DNA of 61,034 nucleotides from Thraustochytrium aureum (taxonomy: Eukaryota), in contig BLSG01000062.1 in assembly GCA_012862495.1 (NCBI GenBank), positions 186,890 to 247,923 of the forward strand, in the 5' to 3' direction. Below are positions 26,181 through 36,059 of this stretch, piece after piece. Under the pieces are notes generated by a model that worked only from the letters and a program-made list of their open reading frames with translations, ran no database searches and was not told the origin of the DNA. The first letter of the stretch is position 1. Each line of letters opens with the position of its first letter. Position numbers and translations under genes: made by a program.

Positions 26181-27726
26181 ATGAGCGGCGACAAGCGTGA
26201 CGGCTCCTCGCTGGGGGGGACGGCGCCCCTGCCGCGAAGAAGCCGCGACATGTCGGCGCGCCGGACGGCCTCGACGGCCAAGATGGCGCTGCGGAGGCAG
26301 CCAAGTCGTCGTTGGATGTACTCAAGGCGGTGATGGCGAGACTCGGAGCTGCGGCCGGCGCAGGCGGCCGAACGGAGAGCGGAACCCCGCAAGGGCTGGA
26401 CGCTGCGGCGTTGCAGGAGGCGCTGGAGGCAGCGCAAAGGCAGGTCGACGACGCCGCGGGCGAACAAGGCGTGGAAGAGGAGGCGACGCGCAGCATTCCT
26501 GCTGGCTTTCCGGAGGAGTTTGTGGCGGAGCGCGAGTCCTTGGTCACCGTGTCGGTGGATGGGCTGGAGGGCGAGATGAGGCCCATGTTTGTTCACCAAG
26601 TTTTCCCACGCGACGAGCTCGTGCTTGGCTACAAGGGCCTGCGGGTCCGCTTCTTGTACACCCGGCTGTGGCGCGGCCTCGTCAAGGTGGAGTATGAGGA
26701 GCAGCTTGCAGAGGACGACAAGTGGGGGGCGAGCTTCCTGGACCGCGACATTTTGGAGCAGATAAGGAAGAGCCCCGTGTGGCCCGACGCTGGCGCGGAC
26801 GGGTCAATGACAACGACCCTGCCACCTTTGCCGAGTGGCTCGCTCACGATCGCGCCGTCTGCGAGGACGGCGCCTCTGCAGCGGCTTGTGCTGCAGCGAT
26901 GGTGGGGGTCGCCGTCGAGCTCGTCCCGCCCGACTCTGCTCCAGCGCACCTGCGGCCGCCGCCGCACGGCTGCCATCTTTTCAGGTGCGACAACATGTAC
27001 GCGCACGATTCGGGGCGTGCCTGGCTGCACCGCTTGCAGGCGATGTCTGTGTGGTGGATCGAGTCGTCCGAGCAAACCGACCCATTCGACGCGCGCTGGC
27101 GGGCCCTGGTGGCTTTCAAGGATGGGGTCTTGGTCGGGTTTACCACGCTGCTGGAGTTTACCAACCCGATCAGAGCCGCCTGTCCGCACTCATGGCGTAT
27201 TTGCCAGTCCATCATTGTGCCCGCAGCGCAAAAGCTTGGCCTAGGTCGGGCAATGGTCAGCGTTGTCTACGAGGCGGCCGTGGCCGACCCGTCCGTTTTT
27301 GAAATGACTGTCGAAGACCCCTGCGACGAGTTTGTGCGCATGCGCGACTGCATTGAGACCGAGCTTGTGTTGCGGCACGAGGCGCTCGCTCAGCCGCTAG
27401 AGGCATACGAAAAGGGCCTCGTGCCGCGCCACGTGGCCGAGAAGGTCCGGGCCAAGGTTAAGATTACCCTCCGCCAGGTCCAGCGCTGCTACGAGATTCT
27501 TCGGCTCCGCGAGCTGGAGCGCGCTCAGGCTGGAGACACGGAGCGCAAGCCCTTTCGGCTCGACGTCAAGCGGCGCATGTGCGCCGAGAACCTTGAGGGG
27601 GTCATGCAGCGGCCCGAGAAGGAGCTTGCAGGAAACCTCACGCTCCTGTACGACAACCTTGCGCTGCAGTATCAGTCAGTGCTCGAGAGGTTGGGCGCAG
27701 TTGGGTTGGAAGGTTCACCGCGGTGA
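26181..27726 (+). CDS. HAT1: Histone acetyltransferase type B catalytic subunit; apparent indels at the G-run 26213-26219 and at ~26803
   Basis: Hat1 N-domain (MRPMFVHQVFPRDELVLGYKGLRV), HRLQAMSVWWIESS, GNAT motif A RICQSIIVPAAQKLGLG, EMTVEDPCDEFVRMRD, KITLRQVQRCYEILRL, FRLDVKRR. The reconstructed N-terminus MSGDKRD..PAAKKPR looks like an NLS. Confidence 0.88.
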
Positions 27727-27983
27727 CGTGCCTCGCTGGGATCCAGGCGATCTGTCACAAGCTCTTGATTGAAATCACACAGGACCGAGTTCAGCGTGTT
27801 GCCAGCACCTGCCAACGTGATTCGTTTCAAGGACCTTGCACGTACTAGTAGTAGGGCCCTTGCGCGGTAGGGACCTTGCGCGTCGGAAAGCGGCGTTTCG
27901 TAATTTCTATTTATGCAGTGCATGCCCGCGCTCGCTACCAGCATCCTGAGCGTGGCCCATGGACCGCGCAGACGGCATGGCGG

Positions 27984-29324
27984 TCAGATCCGGATCTGGT
28001 AGCTCCCAGAGGCCTTGGTTACGTACTTGACCCACTTGCTGGTGTTGTAGCCCGACTTTTCAACGATGCGCAGAAATCGGACGACGAGGCCCGAAGATGT
28101 GTACATAGGCACGGAAAAGTCCATCTGGATTGGAGGGCGCGACCAGGTCTTCTCGCGCGTATTTGGGGTCAGCTCGGCCGTGCAGCTGAACGTTGCCTCC
28201 GCCCCGCCAGCGACGCGCCTGATCCGCCACACGATGCACTGCTGCGTCGGGTCGTACTTTGCGCGGCCTTTGCTGACGAACGGCTTTGCCTTGGCCGTGT
28301 TGCTCGGGCAAGGGACCTTGATCACGATGGCGTTGGCAAATTTTTTCTCCGAAAACTCGGCGCTAAGGCGCAGATTGTACAGCACCTTGGTCTTGCCGAC
28401 CTCCTCAACAACAGGGACTACGCGGAAGGGGAGCTGCACGTTTTCGGTGATCCGGTACTTCATGAGCTCAAACTCGCCGTCTGGCGGGACGAACGTGATG
28501 GTGCGGTCGGCGTCAAATTTGCCGAGCTTGACGCAGCGGTGAAATGTGCAGTCAGCGATGCTCACTGCGCGCCGCTTTGCGAGCTCTTGCTCCGAGGCTA
28601 TTTGCGCCGACGTGGACGACTTGGGGACCACGAACGAGCCCTGGCCTTCGCGGTCGAGGATGAGCTTGTCGTTGAGGCCGAGGCGGCATTCAGGCATTCC
28701 ACTGAGGTAGGTCTTCATGCGCACTTGGCCGGTCACTTCGCTACTGAGGACGGTGCCGTCCGTGGAGACGAGCAGCGAGACCTCCTCTGTGACGGACAGG
28801 TACACCTCGTTGTTGCGGTACTTGAGGTCTTGCTTGCGCCAATCGATCGCCCCGGTGATCTGCGCTGTTAGCGCGGCCGACTTTTCTGTGGTCTGCGCCT
28901 TGACGTTGCCCAGATTGATGTACAGTTTAAGGACGTCAATGGAGCAGCTCTGCGGGTACCCAAAGTCGAGAGTTTCGTCGAGCAGTTCGTACACGAGGGT
29001 AAAGTTGCTGCGGATGTCGTCCTCTGAAAACCCAGGACCCAGGTAGGCTTCTAAAATGCGGCCCAATTGGTACAGGAATTCAAACACGAGAGCTGGGTTC
29101 GCGTTCGACTTGCACATCGCCAAAAGGAGGAGGTCCTTGTGCCGCGTGCTCAGGAAGCTGGTCCCGTCAAGCAGTTGGACTGGCGCCGCTGTGCTTGTCT
29201 CGAGTTTGGCAACCACTTGGGATCGAAAGGCGTCGGCTGTTTCCCTCGACACCCCGTCCCTGTAAGCTCTGAAGATCACGATTTCTCCGCGCATGTTGAG
29301 CACCATAACAGCGCTCATGGCCAT
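27984..29324 (-). CDS. AP2M1: AP-2 adaptor complex medium (mu2) subunit (446 aa)
   Basis: ATG at 29324. Longin domain (MRGEIVIFRAYRDGVS..NANPALVFEFL..NFTLVYELLDETLDFGYPQ) and mu-homology domain (QITGAIDWR..YRNNEVY..LSGMPECRLGLNDK..FHRCV..FVPPDGEFELMKYR..WSRPPIQMDF..SGLVVRFL..KWVKY). Confidence 0.95.
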   Translation of the reverse strand: MAMSAVMVLNMRGEIVIFRAYRDGVSRETADAFRSQVVAKLETSTAAPVQLLDGTSFLSTRHKDLLLLAMCKSNANPALVFEFLYQLGRILEAYLGPGFSEDDIRSNFTLVYELLDETLDFGYPQSCSIDVLKLYINLGNVKAQTTEKSAALTAQITGAIDWRKQDLKYRNNEVYLSVTEEVSLLVSTDGTVLSSEVTGQVRMKTYLSGMPECRLGLNDKLILDREGQGSFVVPKSSTSAQIASEQELAKRRAVSIADCTFHRCVKLGKFDADRTITFVPPDGEFELMKYRITENVQLPFRVVPVVEEVGKTKVLYNLRLSAEFSEKKFANAIVIKVPCPSNTAKAKPFVSKGRAKYDPTQQCIVWRIRRVAGGAEATFSCTAELTPNTREKTWSRPPIQMDFSVPMYTSSGLVVRFLRIVEKSGYNTSKWVKYVTKASGSYQIRI

Positions 29325-32300
29325 CGTGGCCTGCCACCGCGCGGGGCGCAACTGGCCGCTCGGTATCTGCCACTCTCCAACCGCGCACTTCGCGCCTCGT
29401 GACAGCGAGCGTCCCACGTGCTGCGCGACCTCCTTTCGAAAGCTCTTTTGTGTCCCAAGCCGAGCAAATCGCGACCGCGTCGCGGTCGAAACTCTCTCAA
29501 ACGATACCACGCGCGCGTTCGTCCTCCTTCGTCCGCGAGCGCGCCTCGGCAGCCTGCACGCGGGACCGAAACACCTCGTCGACGGTGTTGTCGACGACAA
29601 GGCCTTGTTCTCGTGGCCCAAAGCCCAGCAAGCCAAAGACCGAGTGGCCACAGCTCGTCAGTCTATCGCACGACAGCGCGCGCCACTCGCACGCTCGCTC
29701 GCTCGCTCGCACGGCGCGCGCGCACGCACTCGGGCAGGAAGCGGGTCTGGGGAGTAAGAGAAGTCAACGCAGTCTATCTTTCTGCCCTCTAATAAGTGTA
29801 GTTGAGGGTCAGGACACGCTGCGCGACATCGAGACCCGCGTCTGGGCCCTCGCCGAGCTGGGCGACGGCCTTCTGGCCATGGTACTTTGTCGCGCAGCGC
29901 TGGCCCGGCATCTACTGCTGGCTGGCTGGGGCGGGCTACATGCTGGCCCTGGCGACGGAGATAGCAAGCTTCGTCAACGTGTTCGCGTCCACGGACCTCG
30001 TGGCCAACGCGGCGACTGCTCATGCGCTGCAGGCGCGTGGACAGCGGCAGGGTCGGGCGGACCTGGCCTGAGTTTCGGCAATGACTCGGGCGGGCACGGG
30101 CGGCGTAACTGGGACGCGAACCTGTGTCGGCGGCAAACNNNNNNNNNNNNNNNNNNNNNNNNNNNNNNNNNNNNNNNNNNNNNNNNNNNNNNNNNNNNNN
30201 NNNNNNNNNNNNNNNNNNNNNNNNNNNNNNNNNNNNNNNNNNNNNNNNNNNNNNNNNNNNNNNNNNNNNNNNNNNNNNNNNNNNNNNNNNNNNNNNNNNN
30301 NNNNNNNNNNNNNNNNNNNNNNNNNNNNNNNNNNNNNNNNNNNNNNNNNNNNNNNNNNNNNNNNNNNNNNNNNNNNNNNNNNNNNNNNNNNNNNNNNNNN
30401 NNNNNNNNNNNNNNNNNNNNNNNNNNNNNNNNNNNNNNNNNNNNNNNNNNNNNNNNNNNNNNNNNNNNNNNNNNNNNNNNNNNNNNNNNNNNNNNNNNNN
30501 NNNNNNNNNNNNNNNNNNNNNNNNNNNNNNNNNNNNNNNNNNNNNNNNNNNNNNNNNNNNNNNNNNNNNNNNNNNNNNNNNNNNNNNNNNNNNNNNNNNN
30601 NNNNNNNNNNNNNNNNNNNNNNNNNNNNNNNNNNNNNNNNNNNNNNNNNNNNNNNNNNNNNNNNNNNNNNNNNNNNNNNNNNNNNNNNNNNNNNNNNNNN
30701 NNNNNNNNNNNNNNNNNNNNNNNNNNNNNNNNNNNNNNNNNNNNNNNNNNNNNNNNNNNNNNNNNNNNNNNNNNNNNNNNNNNNNNNNNNNNNNNNNNNN
30801 NNNNNNNNNNNNNNNNNNNNNNNNNNNNNNNNNNNNNNNNNNNNNNNNNNNNNNNNNNNNNNNNNNNNNNNNNNNNNNNNNNNNNNNNNNNNNNNNNNNN
30901 NNNNNNNNNNNNNNNNNNNNNNNNNNNNNNNNNNNNNNNNNNNNNNNNNNNNNNNNNNNNNNNNNNNNNNNNNNNNNNNNNNNNNNNNNNNNNNNNNNNN
31001 NNNNNNNNNNNNNNNNNNNNNNNNNNNNNNNNNNNNNNNNNNNNNNNNNNNNNNNNNNNNNNNNNNNNNNNNNNNNNNNNNNNNNNNNNNNNNTATTGCT
31101 GTTCACATCCCCAGGCGTTGGACCACGCGGCGCTTATTTATACGCCGCTGTACGTGCGGACGCGGTCGCCTCGGGCAGCCTCGGGCTGACAAAGGATTCG
31201 TCTCTGCCGTAGAGTTCGCCAGAGTCTTGCGTTGCGACTCGAGACCGCACCCATCGCGAGACGCTGTAGTAGGCGATGGGTTACCGCGCGCACCAACAGA
31301 TCGTTACGGTGCAGGAGTTTGCGGAGCTGTGCGAGATCCTCAGATTCCGCCAGCAGGTCACCTCAAGGCATTCTGTTGGTGCTCAGGTAGAGTACCATGA
31401 TGATCATACTATAGCAAGCTATGGAGTATGCAGAGTAGAGTTCTTCCCTCCACTACGAACCCGAGCATGCCGCCGCAATGTAGTTGACGAGTAGAACCTG
31501 CTGCGCCAACAAGCCGCGCTCCATCATCGCCGTCATCCTCGCTCTCCGCAATCGCTCCACCTCGCGCGTCCCCGCCAATCGCGCAAACGCACAATTAACT
31601 CCCGCCGCCGCTTCCCCGCCTCCACATCCTTCACCTCCCCACGCCCTCCCTAAACCGACTCGTAGCAGTAACACCTCCTACTACTAGTACTCTACTACCA
31701 GGGGCAAAGCTCGCGCAATCACGGTGCTGGGTCGGGCGATTCTGCGGAACGCATTGCGCGAGGGCGACGCAAACACGGTGGGCGAGCAGCCGGCCAGCCT
31801 CCGTGGAGTGGGCAGCGAGCGGCAGAGCCCGAACGAACGGCCGTGCGCGTGGCGGACTGTGTTGGCGCGCGGGCTCCTCGTCGCCGCTTTCTTCTTTTCG
31901 TTCCTGCGCGAGCCGGGTCTCCACCGACGCAGGCTTGGGGTTTTGTTGCGTTTTTGGGGGATCCGACGCGTCCGCGACCTCGCAGAGACAGCTTGGGGCT
32001 CGGCGAGCGGGCGGGCGGGCGGGCAGGATGGGCGAGCAGGAGGAGNNNNNNNNNNNNNNNNNNNNNNNNNNNNNNNNNNNNNNNNNNNNNNNNNNNNNNN
32101 NNNNNNNNNNNNNNNNNNNNNNNNNNNNNNNNNNNNNNNNNNNNNNNNNNNNNNNNNNNNNNNNNNNNNNNNNNNNNNNNNNNNNNNNNNNNNNNNNNNN
32201 NNNNNNNNNNNNNNNNNNNNNNNNNNNNNNNNNNNNNNNNNNNNNNNNNNNNNNNNNNNNNNNNNNNNNNNNNNNNNNNNNNNNNNNNNNNNNNNNNNNN

Positions 32301-32622
32301 NNNNNNNNNNNNNNNNNNNNNNNNNNNNNNNNNNNNNNNNNNNNNNNNNNNNNNNNNNNNNNNNNNNNNNNNNNNNNNNNNNNNNNNNNNNNNNNNNNNN
32401 NNNNNNNNNNNNNNNNNNNNNNNNNNNNNNNNNNNNNNNNNNNNNNNNNNNNNNNNNNNNNNNNNNNNNNNNNNNNNNNNNNNNNNNNNNNNNNNNNNNN
32501 NNNNNNNNNNNNNNNNNNNNNNNNNNNNNNNNNNNNNNNNNNNNNNNNNNNNNNNNNNNNNNNNNNNNNNNNNNNNNNNNNNNNNNNNNNNNNNNNNNNN
32601 NNNNNNNNNNNNNNNNNNGAAG

Positions 32623-33763
32623 ATGCGCAAGGTCGCCAAGGTGCACAAGGGGTTTGGCAAGCTGATCCTGTTCGGGGAGCACTTTGTGGTGTACAGGAAG
32701 CCTGCGCTCGTGGCGGCGGTCAAGGCGGCAACGATCGCCGAGGTGGAGCTCAGCGACGCGGAGTGGTCCCGTGGGCTCATCGTTGAGGACCTGCGGCCGG
32801 CCGTGTCTGGATACAAGGACAAAAAGGCGGATGAGATGCTCGAGAGCACGCGCCTGGTGCTCAACTACTTTGGCGTCGACTCGAACACGCGCGGCGTCAA
32901 GATCGTGCTCAAGGGGGACCTCTCGCCCGTGTCGGGCATCGGCGCGAGTGCTGGTAAGTTTCCGGTTCAGAGGGCCAGGCGCGAGCAAAGCGCCGCAGCG
33001 CGGGCCGAGCTAACGTCTGCGTTGCGCAACCGGCCCAGCAAACTGCGTCTCAGTGGCCCGTGCGCTCGCCGAAGCGCTCGGCAAGGCCGACATCACCGAA
33101 GAAGAGATCAACCGCGCCGGCTACGAAGGCGAAAAGGCCTATCACGGAACCCCCTCAGGTGAGTCGCTTGTTCCGCAGCCGCAGCCGCGGGCCTGCCGCT
33201 CGCCAAGCGGCAACTGACGCGCTCCCCATGCGCTGCGCCGACGCGCAGGCATCGACAACACCGCCTCGACGTACGGTGGCGTGCTGCGCTTCCAGCGCAC
33301 GGAGGCCGACCCGCTCTTCGAGACGCGGTCGCTCAAAGCCGAGGTGCCCATCGTCTACGCCAGCACCGGGATCACCTCTTCGACGACCGAGGTCGTCGGC
33401 GACGTGCGCAAAAAGCGCGAGGAGGACGGGGCCTGGTACGACGAGCTCGAGGCAAAGTACATGGACATCTTTGACCGCGCAGAGAAGGCGATCGAGACGG
33501 AGACTGAGTCGCTCGCGGCAACGCTGGGCACGTTGGCCAACGAGAACCACCGCATTCTGCAAGAACTCAGCGTGAGCTGCAAGGAGCTCGACGCCCTTTG
33601 CGAAGTCGCAATTGCGGCTGGCGCGCTCGGTGCGAAAATGAGCGGGACGGGCCGCGGTGGCCTCATGTTTGCCATCTGTCCGGACGAGGCGACGCAGAAC
33701 AAGGTGGCTGCAGCCCTCGAGGAGGCCAAGGCACCGGCCGTCTGGAAGACCTCTTTCCTCTAG
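32623..33763 (+). CDS. MVK: Mevalonate kinase (GHMP family); exons 32623-32953, 33039-33158, 33249-33763
   Basis: GKLILFGEHFVVY, PVSGIGASAA, HGTPSGIDN, VSCKELD, GALGAKMSGTGRGG. Two GT-AG introns restore the frame: 32954-33038 (85 nt, GTAAGT..GCTAAC..CAG) and 33159-33248 (90 nt, GTGAGT..CTGAC..CAG). The start sits 4 nt after a gap, so the gene may extend 5'. Confidence 0.93.
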
Positions 33764-34340
33764 CGCTCTCTACAGGGTAGCTCAAGCGAGTAGAGAGAAA
33801 AGCAGGCCTTGAGAGCTAGAGGCCTGCATCGCTGCCCTGGCAGCGCCCAGCCGCGCCCCTCCACCCTTTCTCTCTAGTAGATCCAATGAGAGCTCTCGGC
33901 AGCGCTCGAGAGAGCCACGCCCAACATCAATTGAAACCGCTGCCTCTTGCCGCCCACCGCGCGCCGCCTTGCCCTGTCGCCTGCGCTGCTGCGCCGGGCG
34001 CGACCACGTTTCTGCACGAACAACTCGGCATCGTCAGAACGAAACGTTAGGACCTGGGCTGACCCGTGACCGCCAGCCTGCCTGCCCTGCCAGCTCGTGC
34101 TCTGGAGCCTGCTCGTGCTCGCTGGAGCGGGGCCAAGCCAGCCCGGGGGGCGCGAACCTGCGAGCACGCGCAGCAAGCGCGCGGGCTGCTGCTTGAGCGC
34201 GCCCACCGCGCGCAAGGTCAGGGAGCGACCATCCCGGCGTGACGCTTTCTGAGCGCTTCGGCGGTGCGCCGCGACGGCCAGCGCGCGGCGGGCTCCGGCG
34301 GCGAGCTTGTCGGACTGGACCCCGCGCTTGCTCGGGCAGA

Positions 34341-35905
34341 ATGGCGAGCATGCAGTTCAAGGAGGAGCTGCGGCAGATTATTAAGGACACACCAGGCAAT
34401 GAACTTTGCGTGGACTGCCGCGAGCCAAGCCCGACGTGGGCGTCGGTAAACCTGGGCATCTTCATGTGCCTTGCGTGTAGCGGCGTGCACCGCGCTATGG
34501 GCGTCCACATCAGCTTCGTCAAGTCGACTACCCTGGACAAATGGTGCGTTCTCGTCGGCTTGTGCTTGGTCCGCCGCTTGCTCCCGACTAACAACTCGAG
34601 CCCCCGTCTCGCTCTTGCCGAACAGGACCCCGCAGCTTGTAGCCAACATGCGCAACGGTGGGAACACGCGGGCCAACAAGTTCTTTGAGGCCACCTTGCC
34701 ACCCAACCACCCGCGCCCGCGGACAATGCGCGACAGGGAGGAGTTTATTCGAGCCAAGTACGAGCACCGCAAGTGGATCCGCAAGGCTGGAGATGCGCCA
34801 GTGACTGAGCAAGAGGATCAACCAGAGGAGGACCACGAGGCCGCTCCAAGTGGAGGCCACGCCGGTGCCACCGCGGGGCGAAAGAAACGCATCCCACCCT
34901 CGCAGCGACGCCTCATGCAGCAACAGCAGCAGCAGTCTGAGCAGCCCGCGCAGTCGAGCGCGGCTCTGGATGATTCGAACGACACGAATCTCCTTGGGGA
35001 ACACAACGAGAGCCAAATAGGCGGCCAAGGCCAAGGCGCGCCTGTCCAGCAGCCGGTCGCAAGCTTGTTCCAAAACATGAGCATCAAAGTGAAAGACGGC
35101 TCGGCCGCCCCTGCGCCGCCAAACGGTGCGCCGGCGCCAAGTGACAAGGCAGCCGAGACNNNNNNNNNNNNNNNNNNNNNNNNNNNNNNNNNNNNNNNNN
35201 NNNNNNNNNNNNNNNNNNNNNNNNNNNNNNNNNNNNNNNNNNNNNNNNNNNNNNNNNNNNNNNNNNNNNNNNNNNNNNNNNNNNNNNNNNNNNNNNNNNN
35301 NNNNNNNNNNNNNNNNNNNNNNNNNNNNNNNNNNNNNNNNNNNNNNNNNNNNNNNNNNNNNNNNNNNNNNNNNNNNNNNNNNNNNNNNNNNNNNNNNNNN
35401 NNNNNNNNNNNNNNNNNNNNNNNNNNNNNNNNNNNNNNNNNNNNNNNNNNNNNNNNNNNNNNNNNNNNNNNNNNNNNNNNNNNNNNNNNNNNNNNNNNNN
35501 NNCGCCCAGGCGCCCGCTTTTGCGCCCGGAGCCCTAGATGTAGCTTCCGACTTCGGGATGGCTGGCGCGGGGCCCTCGATCCCGACGGGCGCGAGCGGCG
35601 TCGCGGCTTTAGAGCAGATTCGAGCAGAGATCGCGCAAGTGCAGGGGGAGCTGGAGCAGGCCAAGGTCAACTTGCAGATGTACGTTCAAGCCAAGGAGAC
35701 CCTGATAAGCACCAAAAACCGCCTTGAACAGCTCAGCGGCCATGTCGACGTGCTGCAGATGCAGCGGCTGGACGGCATCCAGGGTCTAGATCACCAGCTT
35801 CTCGGGGTGCGTAAGCAGCTGAATACGCAGGCGACGGCCCTTGCTTCTCAGATCTCAACGGTTCACTCGAGCATGCTAGCGGCACTGCTGGGCTCTGGGC
35901 ATTAG
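34341..35905 (+). CDS. ADP-ribosylation factor GTPase-activating protein with C-terminal helical (BAG-like) domain; intron 34544-34625, gap 35160-35502
   Basis: ArfGAP zinc finger GNELCVDC..PTWASVNLGIFMCLACSGVHRAMGVHISFVKSTTLDKW, spliced through an 82-nt GT..CTAAC..CAG intron to TPQLVANMRNGGNTRAN..REEFIRAKYE. Linkage to the post-gap exon is assumed from strand and spacing. Confidence 0.85.
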
Positions 35906-36059
35906 GATTGCAAACTCCTTCGATCGCCAAACGAGACCGAAGGGCGCCAAGAACGAAAGCACTCTCCTTTCTTTTTATATATTTTTAGGCCTCGAGCGAG
36001 CGACCTTGGGCGAGCTAGCTCGACGGTTTGCTGCCGAGCAAACCACTCTCCAAGATCCC

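Noticed and set aside
29399..33162. ORF-track entries of 300-600 aa spanning runs of X
   Set aside because: Their length comes from reading through N gaps.
33802..33827. GCAGGCCT-N10-AGGCCTGC inverted repeat after the MVK stop
   Set aside because: The stem is short, bacterial-type terminators are irrelevant here, and it could occur by chance in GC-rich DNA.
27984..35905. AP-2 mu, ArfGAP and Fab1 as a membrane-trafficking gene cluster
   Set aside because: The genes are non-adjacent, on different strands and belong to a very common functional class; chance is sufficient.
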